64,000 nt of DNA from Macrostomum lignano (taxonomy: Eukaryota), in assembly GCA_002269645.1 (NCBI GenBank), contig NIVC01002449.1, positions 108,834 through 172,833 of the forward strand, written 5' to 3'. Position numbers and translations under genes: made by a program. The notes beneath the pieces are model-generated. The model did not search any database. It saw only the letters and a program-made list of their open reading frames with translations, and was not told where the DNA came from. Shown here in pieces: positions 63,980-64,000 of the stretch. Numbering within the stretch: position 1 is the stretch's first letter; each line of letters opens with the position of its first letter.

Positions 63980-64000
63980 GTGAGTGGACCTGGTGTTAAT

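Overview
Eukaryotic (metazoan) genomic DNA with spliced genes. The gene content, the load of simple repeats and the codon style suggest a free-living flatworm such as Macrostomum, but that is inference only. Intron-containing genes: the 3' part of a CSPP1/CCDC66-like gene, a compact Mef2, mitochondrial ALDH2 and the 5' part of a LASP1-like LIM-nebulin gene. Between 36 and 56 kb lies a cluster of apparently intronless genes: two divergent TRAIP-like RING-coiled-coil E3 ligases, a secreted C-type lectin with a PAN/apple-like tail, and two disrupted DEG/ENaC paralogs. Main observations: (1) a ~15-kb segment (4569-19660) bounded by 16-bp inverted repeats sits inside a (GTCT)n microsatellite. It carries a ~235-bp satellite built on the same GGTCCACSTAA motif as its ends, with a ~2.64-kb higher-order repeat. 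(2) A full-length LOA/Lian-type APE-RT-RNaseH LINE is inserted exactly in that motif, with a 13-bp TSD and a TAATG stop/start overlap. (3) A minimal Penelope-type hammerhead ribozyme motif lies in sense orientation in ALDH2 intron 5. (4) A ~222-aa MEF2 has a perfect MEF2 site upstream and an E-box-containing minisatellite in intron 1. (5) One RING E3 ends in a polybasic-CaaX tail. Many homopolymer indels, including in conserved LASP exons, suggest that part of the frameshifting is assembly error. All splice models and family calls were made by eye, without database searches.
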